Shown here piece after piece: positions 54,550 through 63,504 of a stretch of 64,000 nucleotides of DNA. Within the stretch, counting starts at the first letter, position 1, and each line of letters opens with the position of its first letter. Below the pieces are notes generated by a model that was not told the DNA's origin, ran no database searches, and saw only the letters and a program-made list of their open reading frames with translations. The stretch comes from a virus. Where the stretch lies: the IMG/VR virus record IMGVR_UViG_3300044858_003398; one strand, written 5' to 3'. The translations under genes were made by a program, and so were the position numbers.

Positions 54550-55812
54550 CTATGCGTTAACGTCTCTGAATTCTATCAGACTGAATCTACAACTTACAAA
54601 GGTATCATTAATATCTGTTGTTCCCTCGAACCATATACAACTCTTTTCACCAATTATAAATGGCTGCGAAGGGCTCAAATAAGTTGTATTTTCTGCTGCT
54701 GTATCAATTAGCTCATTGAATACATTATACTTACTATTACTGACAGCACTATAAACCCATGCCTTAACCCTTACCTTCGGGCTAGTTCCTCCACCAGTTT
54801 TCTCTGCGTTGAATCTTAAATAATCCGCCAATGCTGTATGATTATTTTGGACAAAGAATATAGATTGCTGCGTTGTCCCTTCACCTACTGGCATCTGTCC
54901 TTGTGTAGTTCCACTTATAGTAGCTGTAATGACTCCAACATTAGCCTTATTGCTTCCAGCTAAATATACAGAAATTCTGTTTATCCCTATCCAAGTACTT
55001 GTTGTTACTACTGGGGTGGTCCCATTTAGAGTTACAACTTCTATTTGCGACTCCCAATTACTATCGACTCCATAAATAACAACTGAATTAGCCCCAGTTC
55101 CTGCTGGACTGCCATCATCGTCTGCTGAAGTAGAGACTATAGAAATAGTCGCTCCAGTTGTTAATGGAACAAAGGCCCCGCCAAAAGAGGCAATTACTTC
55201 AGTACCTATATCTAGATCTGCATTATACCCGAACTTATTCCACGTAGTAGCACCTTGTCTCCTGCCTAAAGCAGTCTCATATTTATAATCAGTAGGTCTT
55301 ACTACTGTCGCATCATAATCCTGAGATAAGACCGAATCAGAAGGAGCATTAAGTGGGGCCTTTTCCCCATACATAGTCTGAAGACGAAAATAGGTTTGGG
55401 TTCCGCCTGTGTTGGTAAAAACTACTCTAGCAAATCGTCTTGAATTAGTGAATCTATGTGGGGCTTCGATCTGATCTGTACGGTAATACCTCAGTAAAGA
55501 AGAATCTAGATTTATTCCATCTGGGGAGTATTGAACCGCCAACGTCCCGTCAGAGTCGGTCTTTACGGCTACGACTAAGGAACTATAATTCTTTACATCT
55601 TCCCATGTTCCGGTGAAAGATGCACCAGAAGCAACAATTTCAGTTGACGAATTGATTGATGAAACTTTATATGGGTCTGCTTCGCTTGACAAGAAAACTT
55701 CACTTACATCATTATCTACAGTAGTAGACTGAGTATTGCCAATTTTGTCGGCCCATATAGTCATGCCACCATTGTTATATACCGTTCCTGTTGTAGCGTA
55801 GGTAAAACTCAT
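54550..55812 (-). CDS. putative virion protein
   Basis: Beta-rich; WNKFGYNADLD...VISTSADD domain; ATG 55812. Confidence 0.6.
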   Translation of the reverse strand: MSFTYATTGTVYNNGGMTIWADKIGNTQSTTVDNDVSEVFLSSEADPYKVSSINSSTEIVASGASFTGTWEDVKNYSSLVVAVKTDSDGTLAVQYSPDGINLDSSLLRYYRTDQIEAPHRFTNSRRFARVVFTNTGGTQTYFRLQTMYGEKAPLNAPSDSVLSQDYDATVVRPTDYKYETALGRRQGATTWNKFGYNADLDIGTEVIASFGGAFVPLTTGATISIVSTSADDDGSPAGTGANSVVIYGVDSNWESQIEVVTLNGTTPVVTTSTWIGINRISVYLAGSNKANVGVITATISGTTQGQMPVGEGTTQQSIFFVQNNHTALADYLRFNAEKTGGGTSPKVRVKAWVYSAVSNSKYNVFNELIDTAAENTTYLSPSQPFIIGEKSCIWFEGTTDINDTFVSCRFSLIEFRDVNA

Positions 55813-56279
55813 GATCTGCTCCAATACGACCCATACGGCGACAAGATAGCTTCGCCAACATTATTGTTGGTAGTAGCAAAATTCAATTTAGTACGTTCAT
55901 ATCTCTCGCACATGTCTGCATAGAGACTTTTGAAGTTAGTAGCTACGCCGCCCATATCGACGCTAGATGGACCATCGCTAACCCTAACCGCCGAAAGGCT
56001 GTGAGTCTTATACTCTGCCCCAATTATAATACAGGCCGCTTTTAGGGAAATCAGATTGATGAAGCCATCATCTTTACTGGTCGGCTCTGTCGGGTCTGGC
56101 GAAATTAAACATCGCTCCACATTAATAGTGTACACTTGTTCAAAATCAATCTCTGTAGATACCAACTGTGCAGCAACCAGTATAGTTTGCTCAATTCTCT
56201 CATCTGGATATGATGGGTTAGAGAAATCCGTATCATTAACGAGATATCTGACAATCGTCGTTATTTCGCTATTCCACAT
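55809..56279 (-). CDS. putative head-tail adaptor
   Basis: VRYLVND.....Y.DERIEQ...; VSDGPSSVD; typical adaptor pattern. Confidence 0.55.
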   Translation of the reverse strand: MWNSEITTIVRYLVNDTDFSNPSYPDERIEQTILVAAQLVSTEIDFEQVYTINVERCLISPDPTEPTSKDDGFINLISLKAACIIIGAEYKTHSLSAVRVSDGPSSVDMGGVATNFKSLYADMCERYERTKLNFATTNNNVGEAILSPYGSYWSRS

Positions 56280-56326
56280 GATGCCCCCCTGCGGGAGTCA
56301 TCCCGCACCGTTTCGTAGGCGACAGC

Positions 56327-56632
56327 CTACACATTGCAATGAACCTTAAATGCAGCAGAACTACTATAGAATGTGCCTGAGCCAATAGTCACCTTGGCTT
56401 GAATCTTATATAAACCAGCTATGTCAGTATCACCATCTACGGTAGTGTACGTAAGTATACCATCGGTCCCATCTGTGTACAGATCAGCGTTCACCGTCAG
56501 AAGAGATCCATCTGGTTTCCTAATAAGGTATTCCAAAGTAGTGGCTGTAGAAAGGTCTACCGCAACACCATCATCAGTTATAGTGATTCTAAGTTCTGTT
56601 CCTATATCTAATGCATGTATTTCTTCTGACAT
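56327..56632 (-). CDS. BppU-like/Ig-like small virion protein
   Basis: DIGTELRITI...VDLS....IRKPDG...DG.LTY...D.DIAGLY. Confidence 0.55.
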   Translation of the reverse strand: MSEEIHALDIGTELRITITDDGVAVDLSTATTLEYLIRKPDGSLLTVNADLYTDGTDGILTYTTVDGDTDIAGLYKIQAKVTIGSGTFYSSSAAFKVHCNV

Positions 56633-56790
56633 TAGTATAATGCCTGTAAAGTGAATATTAGTACGCGACTAATTGGTAGTTCAAATAATGACACTTCACT
56701 CACTGATACTGAAAACAAGAAGATTTCTAGTGTATCAGAAGATGAACCTCCAGAGAGAGGAGATGAAGAAATGGGGCTATTCAGTAGCAT
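56632..56790 (-). CDS. small hypothetical protein (52 aa; not in ORF track)
   Basis: MLLNSPISSSPLSGG...TLQALY*; TAATG coupling to the next gene. Confidence 0.5.
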   Translation of the reverse strand: MLLNSPISSSPLSGGSSSDTLEIFLFSVSVSEVSLFELPISRVLIFTLQALY

Positions 56791-56929
56791 CTAATTGTAA
56801 AACCTTTTGAATAAGGTCATTTGCTGCAGACATGATTTCAGCAGCTTTATTTAAAGGATTCTGATTCGCCAACGCTCTAGCCCCAGCCTCGATCAATACA
56901 ACAACATTCTGAATTTCTGTCTTGTTCAT
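56777..56929 (-). CDS. small hypothetical protein (50 aa; not in ORF track)
   Basis: MNKTEIQNVVVLIEAGARALA...LDATE*; GGTG RBS. Confidence 0.5.
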   Translation of the reverse strand: MNKTEIQNVVVLIEAGARALANQNPLNKAAEIMSAANDLIQKVLQLDATE

Positions 56930-57012
56930 AATTCACCCACTAAAGTAACTACTTATTAATACATAATATCGTACGACCCCATACGATTTCGTCCCATTCT
57001 AGTATAGTCGAT

Positions 57013-57369
57013 CTAATTAAAGCCATCAACGGATTCTTTCATTTTTGCTTCAACCGGATTGACACAGGCTAATACAGCGGCAAACGCTGCCTCAAGCTCT
57101 GGGACCTCTTTTTTGAATGCGTACAGGTTAGTCACCGAGATGGATCGCGTCGTGTCTTTCCCTTCCGCGTCGTTATAGAGGATCTCCCCCGACTCAGTCA
57201 TTGGACGATACTCGACTAGAAATCGTCCCTCTTCTTGTGGAGAAGGAGTTACCACTGTTATCGCCGTGAGCCACTTCAGACTCGCCCGCTTCTCTGCTGT
57301 AGCCGGTAGTGTTACGACCTCAGATTCAAGCAGTGGAAGCACCCTTCTAACCTCATATGGTTCAGACAT
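57013..57369 (-). CDS. hypothetical protein, possible fibre chaperone
   Basis: GAGGTG RBS; directly downstream of the fibre gene. Confidence 0.5.
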   Translation of the reverse strand: MSEPYEVRRVLPLLESEVVTLPATAEKRASLKWLTAITVVTPSPQEEGRFLVEYRPMTESGEILYNDAEGKDTTRSISVTNLYAFKKEVPELEAAFAAVLACVNPVEAKMKESVDGFN

Positions 57370-57385
57370 TTATCACCTCTTGTTA

Positions 57386-60300
57386 TTACGCATTAACACT
57401 TTTGATAACAGTAAACCGCAACACTATCGCCTCTGATAAGCTACCTGTGGTAAATCCTACGAGATATACAGTGATTACAGTTGACCCTGCTGCCGGGGTT
57501 GACGTGCAGAAATAATACCCGACAGTTCCACCGGATTCATGTTGCACAACTACGTGGTCAGTCGCTGCGATAGTGCTATTGGTCAGTGTGAACGAGACCT
57601 TGGTGTTATAGGTCATCGCAGCATTGTGCATCGTGATTGTGCCGGTGGTTTTATTCAGCGTGACCCCGGTTGTTTTCGAGGTAGCTTGCGTAACTGTTCC
57701 GCCAGCACCTGTAGTGTACCCTACACCACCAGTTCCTGTACTTCTAATAGCTCCTGTGCATGAGATAGCGTCAGAGAACGTGAACCCAGCAGATGCACCA
57801 ACTGCGTCGAAGGTAACTGCCCCTGCTGAACTGACCGTGGTTGAGTAGTAGTTGGAAGTATCATAACCAGTTCTCAGTTGTTCGGTTGTGCTGATGAGGT
57901 GGAGTAGACATGCTGGACTAACATTGTTGCCCCCTATCGCCACCCGCCCATCTTCATCGACAAGCATACGAAGTACTGCTGTCGCTGAAGCAATTGGCGT
58001 AGTGGTAAACCTTATGTTCCCGCCGCAAGCTGTAGACGTGAAATTCTCCGAGGCATACATAGAGATGCCCGTGGTGGCGTTAGTATGAAACGCTCCCCCG
58101 TTGTGATAACCAACAGCGTTCCAAAATCCCACTAAGTCACCGGACAGAACCTGCGTTGGCGAACCGAGCGTTCCGTTAGCCCTTCGATGACGGATACCGT
58201 TATGCGTACCATAGCTGTCGAAATACAGACTTGCCGTGCGAATGAAAACATTTGCTGATTCCGCAATCACTGAGTTATTGAAAGTTGTTGCACCAGTGAC
58301 AGCCAAAGTCGAACTAAGGGTCACTGCATCCGAGAATGTGAAGGCGGAACCAGCACCGACAGCGTTGAACGTAACCGCACCCGTTGAACTAACTGTGGAC
58401 GTGAAATAGTTTGAATCATCGTAATAGAACGCAGCAGTTCCTGTAGCGTTTATACCGAACCGATTAACCCACGTCCCCCCGTCATTCCAGTGACCCATAC
58501 GAATTGTTCTGGTAGGAGTTCCTCCTGCCGAGCCGACTTCGATCCCCATCTTCACGTCAGTGGTTGTTGGCTTGATTGAGAACTTCTCAAAGTTCGTTAC
58601 GGTTGTCGCTGTAGCATAAATGCCCAGTGTAGTTGCACCGGAGGGAATAGTAGCCGTTCCGAGGTCAACTGACGTGCCGTAAAGATATAACTGACCAGAA
58701 GCGTGAGTAAGAACATCGCCTGAGGTATTAGTCAGAAAGAAGGTATTTTGTACCTGCAGGGAAGATGCTCCCGTGAGTGGTAGGTAAGTAGACGCTGCCG
58801 TTGCGGAGGTGAGGTACGAACTCAAGTCTTGATCCCCAGAGTTTGTGCCGGTCAGCCCAAGATCGGTTTTGAGTGTTGCGAGGGTCTGGACTTCAGGGAC
58901 ACCACTGCCTGCGGTCTTGCGATAGATGAGTGACGCTGTCGCCATGTTAGCCATCTTCGCGAGAGATACAGCAGCGGTAGCAATCGTTGTCGCATTACCA
59001 ACTGAAGTGACATCTCCCGTGAGATTCGCATTCGTTGTCACATTACCGGCAGTCAATCCTGCCGCCGTTCCAGTTAAGTTAGTGGCCACTCCAGAAGAGG
59101 GTGTTCCTAATGCTCCCCCATTCAATACCACACTACCTTCAGAACCTACGTTAAGACCAAGAGCCGGCTTCACACCAACTCCAAGCCCAGAGACACTTCC
59201 AATATTAGGAGTGACAGTTTGGGCACTGATTGAAGTAATCAGACCTTTACTGTTACATACGATACTCAGTGAAGTAGTCGGCCCTCCATAAGATCCCGCA
59301 TCAGCATTCACTGTCGCCAAAGTTGTCGCATTTCCAACTGACGTCACATCTCCTGTAAGGTTCGCGTTTGTTATCACGTTCCCAGCGGTTAGTCCAGTTG
59401 CCGTGCCGGTTAAGTTCGTGGCTACTCCAGACGATGGGGTTCCTAACGCCCCTCCGACTATCACCGGGCCACCGCTGGACCCGACCGCGATAGCCAAAGC
59501 TGACGTTACACCCGTGCCGAGTCCGGTCACTGAACCGATTGCCGGAGTGATAGTCGCTACGCTTGCCGCTGTGACTAGACCCTTCGCGTTAACTGTAAGG
59601 ACAACACCTTGCGTAGCACTGCCGAAAGGTCCGACGTTTGCGTTGACCGTAGCCAACGTAGTCGAGAATGATCCCGTACCGCTGCCAGTAACATCGCCAG
59701 TGAGCGTGATCGTTTGATCGCCAGAGTTTGTTCCTGTAAGACCTAAGTCGGTCTTTAGAGTCGCTAAGGTTTGTACTTCTGGAACTCCAGAACCGCCAGT
59801 CTTTCTGTAGAATACAGTTGAAGTTGCTACGTTTGCCATCTTAGCTAATGAAACTACAGAGTTTGCGATAGTTGTCGCATTACCAACCGATGTAACATCA
59901 CCAGTCAAGTTAGCATTGGTAACTACATTACCAGCCGTCAGACCAGATGCAGTTCCGGTTAAGTTTGTAGCGACACCACTTGATGGTGTCCCCAACGCTC
60001 CACCGTTAACTACAAAGGCACCAACAGATCCAACAGCGACACCAAGAGCAGTTGCAACAGAAGTTCCAAGGCCCGTAATAGATCCAATGGCTGGAGTTAC
60101 GGTTACATTACTTGCAGCCGTAATCAAGCCCTTGGCATTTACAGTGAAAGATCCAACCTGTGTAGCAGAACCGAACGAACCGACATTGGAATTTACAGTC
60201 GCCAGAGTTAGCGTAGTAGAACCTGTAGCGTCACCAGTGTGGGTTGCATTCGATATTAAACCAGAGTACAATGAGTTTACTGCATTGTCACCAGTATTTG

Positions 60301-63280
60301 TTCCACTTACACTTGCAGTCGCTGACGCGGTTAGTGTAGCTCCATCAGCAATTGTCAAAGTCGCTGAAGTTGCCGGAGCAGTAATTGCAACCTTGTTAAC
60401 GCTAGTAACTGCAGCTACGCCAAGAGTTGGAGTAACTAAAGTGGGACTATTAGAGAATACCAGCGAACCACTACCAGTCTCGTCGCTGATCACTCCGGCT
60501 AGTTGAGCAGAAGTTGTGGCTGCGAATTGAGAAAGGGGACTAGCTGTCAAACCAAGTCCAGTAGTAGGATACCCAGTACAATTTGTCAACACACCAGCAG
60601 ATGGAGTACCTAGGGCTCCACCATTGGTAACAAAGGCTCCATCAGACCCTACGGCTACACCAAGAGCAGTAGCTACCGATGTGCCTAATCCAGTGATCGA
60701 ACCTATTGCAGGAGTGACTGTGACATTGCTAGCAGCGGTTACCAGACCTTTCGCATTGACCGTGAAAGTTCCTGCCTGAGTTGTACTTCCAAAAGACCCG
60801 ACATTGGCATTGACTGTAGCTAGAGTAGTCGATATGCCGCCTTGTCCGCTTCCAGTGATATCCCCCGTCAAAGAGATCGTCTGGTCGCCCGTATTAGTCC
60901 CTACCAACTGCAAGTCGGTCTTTAGTGCAGACAACGCCTGAACTTCAGGTACTCCAGTACTTGCTGTTCTTCTGTAGAAAACAGTACCAGCAGCGACATT
61001 AGCCATTTTGGCTAGAGTCACAGCCTCATTTGCAATTGTAAGTACAGTATCTCCAGTAACGTCGCCAGTATGCGTAGCATTGGTAACGAGTCCAGAATAC
61101 AGAGAGTTGACAGCGTTGTCGCCAGTATTAGTTCCAGACAATGCTGTAACGGCAGCAGGTACACTAGATAGCTTGCTCCAAGCTAGACCAGTTATCCAAG
61201 TCGGATCAGAGTACGATCCAGAAAGTGAAACGTATGTAGATGAAGCAGTCGACGAAGTTAGATACGCACTGAGATCTTGATCTCCAGTATTTGTACCAGA
61301 GAGACCAAGGTCGGTCTTCAGAGTAGCTAACGTCTGCACTTCTGGAACACCAGTTGATGCTGTCTTTCTGTAGAAGACTGTTCCAGTGGCTACGTCTGCC
61401 ATCTTAGCGAGAGTTACAGAACCATCGGCTATTCCCGTTAGGAAACCAGATGGGTTACCAACAAGTGGATAAGCGTCTGTTATACCATACCCAGAAAGAG
61501 TTGTTGGTAGACCACTAACTATATCTGTCCAAATATGAGTGTGAGTTGCAGCAGCGTAGCTGCCAGAGGCTTGAATGCCAGCTTCAGCCAATGTACTATT
61601 AATCCAAGCAGAACCATTCCACTTAAGGATTTCTCCAGAAGTGTTTGAAGCTATGGTAACATTACTTAGAGAGTCGAGAGAATGATTATGAGACGAAGAT
61701 GCGTAGCTTCCAATAGGCTGATATGCAGCAGCAACGGCGGCTGTTGTAGCGTAAGAACTCAGGTCTTGATCACCACTATTTGTTCCAGTAAGACCAAGGT
61801 CTGTCTTTAATGTAGACAACGTTTGTACTTCGGGAACGCCAGTACCAGTAGTCTTGCGATAAAATACTGTTCCAGTCGCCACATTAGCTTGTTTAGCCAG
61901 AGTAACAGAGCCATCCACAATTGCAGTTAAGAATCCAGAAGGATTTCCACTTAGAGGATAGGCATCAGTAATCCCATAGCCCGCCAAAGTCGAAGGAACA
62001 CCTGATAAGGAGCTATAAGCTCCGTCAAAATTAGAAGTTCCAGCCCCAATAGTAGATCTAATTCCTGAAGCGTCTACCTCAGTTAATAAAGATCGCCCAA
62101 ATGATGTAGTAGACAAACCAGCTATGTTAGTTAAGTCAGAATCTAGTGGTTGATAAGTGACTGACGCCACCGATGAAGTCAAATAAGAAGATAGGTCAAC
62201 CGACCCATTAGCAGCAGCGGTAATCCTACCCTGAGCATCCACAGTAAAAGAAGAGAGGGTGTAACTATCCGGAACAACTGTAGTATTTGCCAAATTTATT
62301 GTGCGATTGGTGGATAAATCACCTCCACCAGAGAGACCAGTCCCAGCGATCACCTGAATATTGCTGTGAGTATGTGCAGATGGGGAAAAGGTGGAAGGAA
62401 TCCCAGATAACGAGCCGTAGGCTCCATCAAATGACGAGGTGCCAGCTCCAATATAGTCCCTTACTCCAGACCCACTAGTCTTAGTTAGTAAACCAATTCC
62501 GTATGGATCAACTCCAGTAGATGCTATAGAAGTTAGATCAGAGTCAAGTGGCTGATAATTAGCAGAAACTTCAGAAGCTGATATAAAACCACTTGGATTA
62601 GTAGAACTATACTTGCCATCTATCTGCCCCTGAATAGATGAAGTTACCCCATTAAGATAGGAGAACTCTAGATTACTTACGGTGCCGTCCCCCAACTTAC
62701 CCGCTTCGAGCCCTGAAGACAGCATCTGATTAGTGATGCCACTTTCTTTTACCGAAGCCGTTATGGAGGGGGTCCCATCATTATAAGCAAAGCTTATACT
62801 TGAAGTATCAACAAGGATGCCTCCTACGGCGTCTTGAGCTTGCTCTTCTCCTACTCCGCCAGCGACTTCATTAACCCACTGAGATCCATTGTACGAAAGA
62901 ATGTCTCCGATAGCGGGGTCGGTCAAAGTAACATTAGACAGACTATCTAGTAAAAGAGATAGCTCCCCACTATTATCTATGAATGGGATTTTGCTAGCTG
63001 GCAGTACTACAAATACAGTAGATCGTCCACTTAGACTCAGTAGAGAGTCAGTTGAACTCTTTAATATGGTATCTCGTGAGAGGGTATTTGGGCCATTGAT
63101 GCCATAAGTGCCAATGCCAATCTCATAATTATTACTATTTTCTATGCAGTAATAGGTTTGATCTCCACTATTAAATACATTAGAAAAGGCCTCATACCCG
63201 TTTGGGGCAGAAGCTAGAGATATCACCCCAGTACCAGTACTTGATGATATTTGTTTTACCCTATCTTTTAGGAGTATCAC
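57386..63280 (-). CDS. long repetitive tail fibre/adhesin-like protein
   Basis: 1964 aa, T/S/G/A-rich; N-terminal LKDRVKQ...GTG anchor; multiple internal repeats. Confidence 0.8.
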   Translation of the reverse strand: MILLKDRVKQISSSTGTGVISLASAPNGYEAFSNVFNSGDQTYYCIENSNNYEIGIGTYGINGPNTLSRDTILKSSTDSLLSLSGRSTVFVVLPASKIPFIDNSGELSLLLDSLSNVTLTDPAIGDILSYNGSQWVNEVAGGVGEEQAQDAVGGILVDTSSISFAYNDGTPSITASVKESGITNQMLSSGLEAGKLGDGTVSNLEFSYLNGVTSSIQGQIDGKYSSTNPSGFISASEVSANYQPLDSDLTSIASTGVDPYGIGLLTKTSGSGVRDYIGAGTSSFDGAYGSLSGIPSTFSPSAHTHSNIQVIAGTGLSGGGDLSTNRTINLANTTVVPDSYTLSSFTVDAQGRITAAANGSVDLSSYLTSSVASVTYQPLDSDLTNIAGLSTTSFGRSLLTEVDASGIRSTIGAGTSNFDGAYSSLSGVPSTLAGYGITDAYPLSGNPSGFLTAIVDGSVTLAKQANVATGTVFYRKTTGTGVPEVQTLSTLKTDLGLTGTNSGDQDLSSYATTAAVAAAYQPIGSYASSSHNHSLDSLSNVTIASNTSGEILKWNGSAWINSTLAEAGIQASGSYAAATHTHIWTDIVSGLPTTLSGYGITDAYPLVGNPSGFLTGIADGSVTLAKMADVATGTVFYRKTASTGVPEVQTLATLKTDLGLSGTNTGDQDLSAYLTSSTASSTYVSLSGSYSDPTWITGLAWSKLSSVPAAVTALSGTNTGDNAVNSLYSGLVTNATHTGDVTGDTVLTIANEAVTLAKMANVAAGTVFYRRTASTGVPEVQALSALKTDLQLVGTNTGDQTISLTGDITGSGQGGISTTLATVNANVGSFGSTTQAGTFTVNAKGLVTAASNVTVTPAIGSITGLGTSVATALGVAVGSDGAFVTNGGALGTPSAGVLTNCTGYPTTGLGLTASPLSQFAATTSAQLAGVISDETGSGSLVFSNSPTLVTPTLGVAAVTSVNKVAITAPATSATLTIADGATLTASATASVSGTNTGDNAVNSLYSGLISNATHTGDATGSTTLTLATVNSNVGSFGSATQVGSFTVNAKGLITAASNVTVTPAIGSITGLGTSVATALGVAVGSVGAFVVNGGALGTPSSGVATNLTGTASGLTAGNVVTNANLTGDVTSVGNATTIANSVVSLAKMANVATSTVFYRKTGGSGVPEVQTLATLKTDLGLTGTNSGDQTITLTGDVTGSGTGSFSTTLATVNANVGPFGSATQGVVLTVNAKGLVTAASVATITPAIGSVTGLGTGVTSALAIAVGSSGGPVIVGGALGTPSSGVATNLTGTATGLTAGNVITNANLTGDVTSVGNATTLATVNADAGSYGGPTTSLSIVCNSKGLITSISAQTVTPNIGSVSGLGVGVKPALGLNVGSEGSVVLNGGALGTPSSGVATNLTGTAAGLTAGNVTTNANLTGDVTSVGNATTIATAAVSLAKMANMATASLIYRKTAGSGVPEVQTLATLKTDLGLTGTNSGDQDLSSYLTSATAASTYLPLTGASSLQVQNTFFLTNTSGDVLTHASGQLYLYGTSVDLGTATIPSGATTLGIYATATTVTNFEKFSIKPTTTDVKMGIEVGSAGGTPTRTIRMGHWNDGGTWVNRFGINATGTAAFYYDDSNYFTSTVSSTGAVTFNAVGAGSAFTFSDAVTLSSTLAVTGATTFNNSVIAESANVFIRTASLYFDSYGTHNGIRHRRANGTLGSPTQVLSGDLVGFWNAVGYHNGGAFHTNATTGISMYASENFTSTACGGNIRFTTTPIASATAVLRMLVDEDGRVAIGGNNVSPACLLHLISTTEQLRTGYDTSNYYSTTVSSAGAVTFDAVGASAGFTFSDAISCTGAIRSTGTGGVGYTTGAGGTVTQATSKTTGVTLNKTTGTITMHNAAMTYNTKVSFTLTNSTIAATDHVVVQHESGGTVGYYFCTSTPAAGSTVITVYLVGFTTGSLSEAIVLRFTVIKSVNA
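58825..61920 (-). repeat. interleaved protein repeats in the fibre shaft (approximate span)
   Basis: Five copies of V[TS]LAK.A.VA..TVFYRKT...GVPEVQTL..LKTDLGL.GTN.GDQ and four copies of TLATVN.NVGSFGS.TQ...TVNAKGL.TAAS...TPAIGS.TGLG...GGALGTPS. Confidence 0.85.
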
Positions 63281-63504
63281 TATCTAATCAATTCTATACT
63301 AAGAAGACGCTTACTTATTAGATTTATGTCTATTACACGTTCTATCTCTAGTCCAAATTCTACTGTCTCAATCGCTTGGCTAACAATAAAATAATGGCCA
63401 AATAAAGTAGCCCTGTCTAATTTTCCTATAATATCAATTGGTTCTCTAAGATAGATCCTTCCGAAAGATAATACAGCAGAGCGTTTACTTTTACTGTCAA
63501 TCAC
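63280..63504 (-). CDS. small hypothetical protein
   Basis: 74-aa ORF coupled to both neighbours. Confidence 0.5.
   Translation of the reverse strand: MIDSKSKRSAVLSFGRIYLREPIDIIGKLDRATLFGHYFIVSQAIETVEFGLEIERVIDINLISKRLLSIELIR

Noticed and set aside
43304-63107. Many + strand ORFs antisense to the TMP, tail tube and fibre (e.g. 46936-47400, 51462-51956, 59916-60506), and - strand ORFs within the + arm
   Set aside because: These are shadow ORFs from codon bias of the real genes, with no recognisable motifs.
57013-63280. Diversity-generating retroelement acting on the fibre
   Set aside because: No reverse transcriptase, and no template/variable repeat pair differing only at adenines; the repeats differ at synonymous sites.
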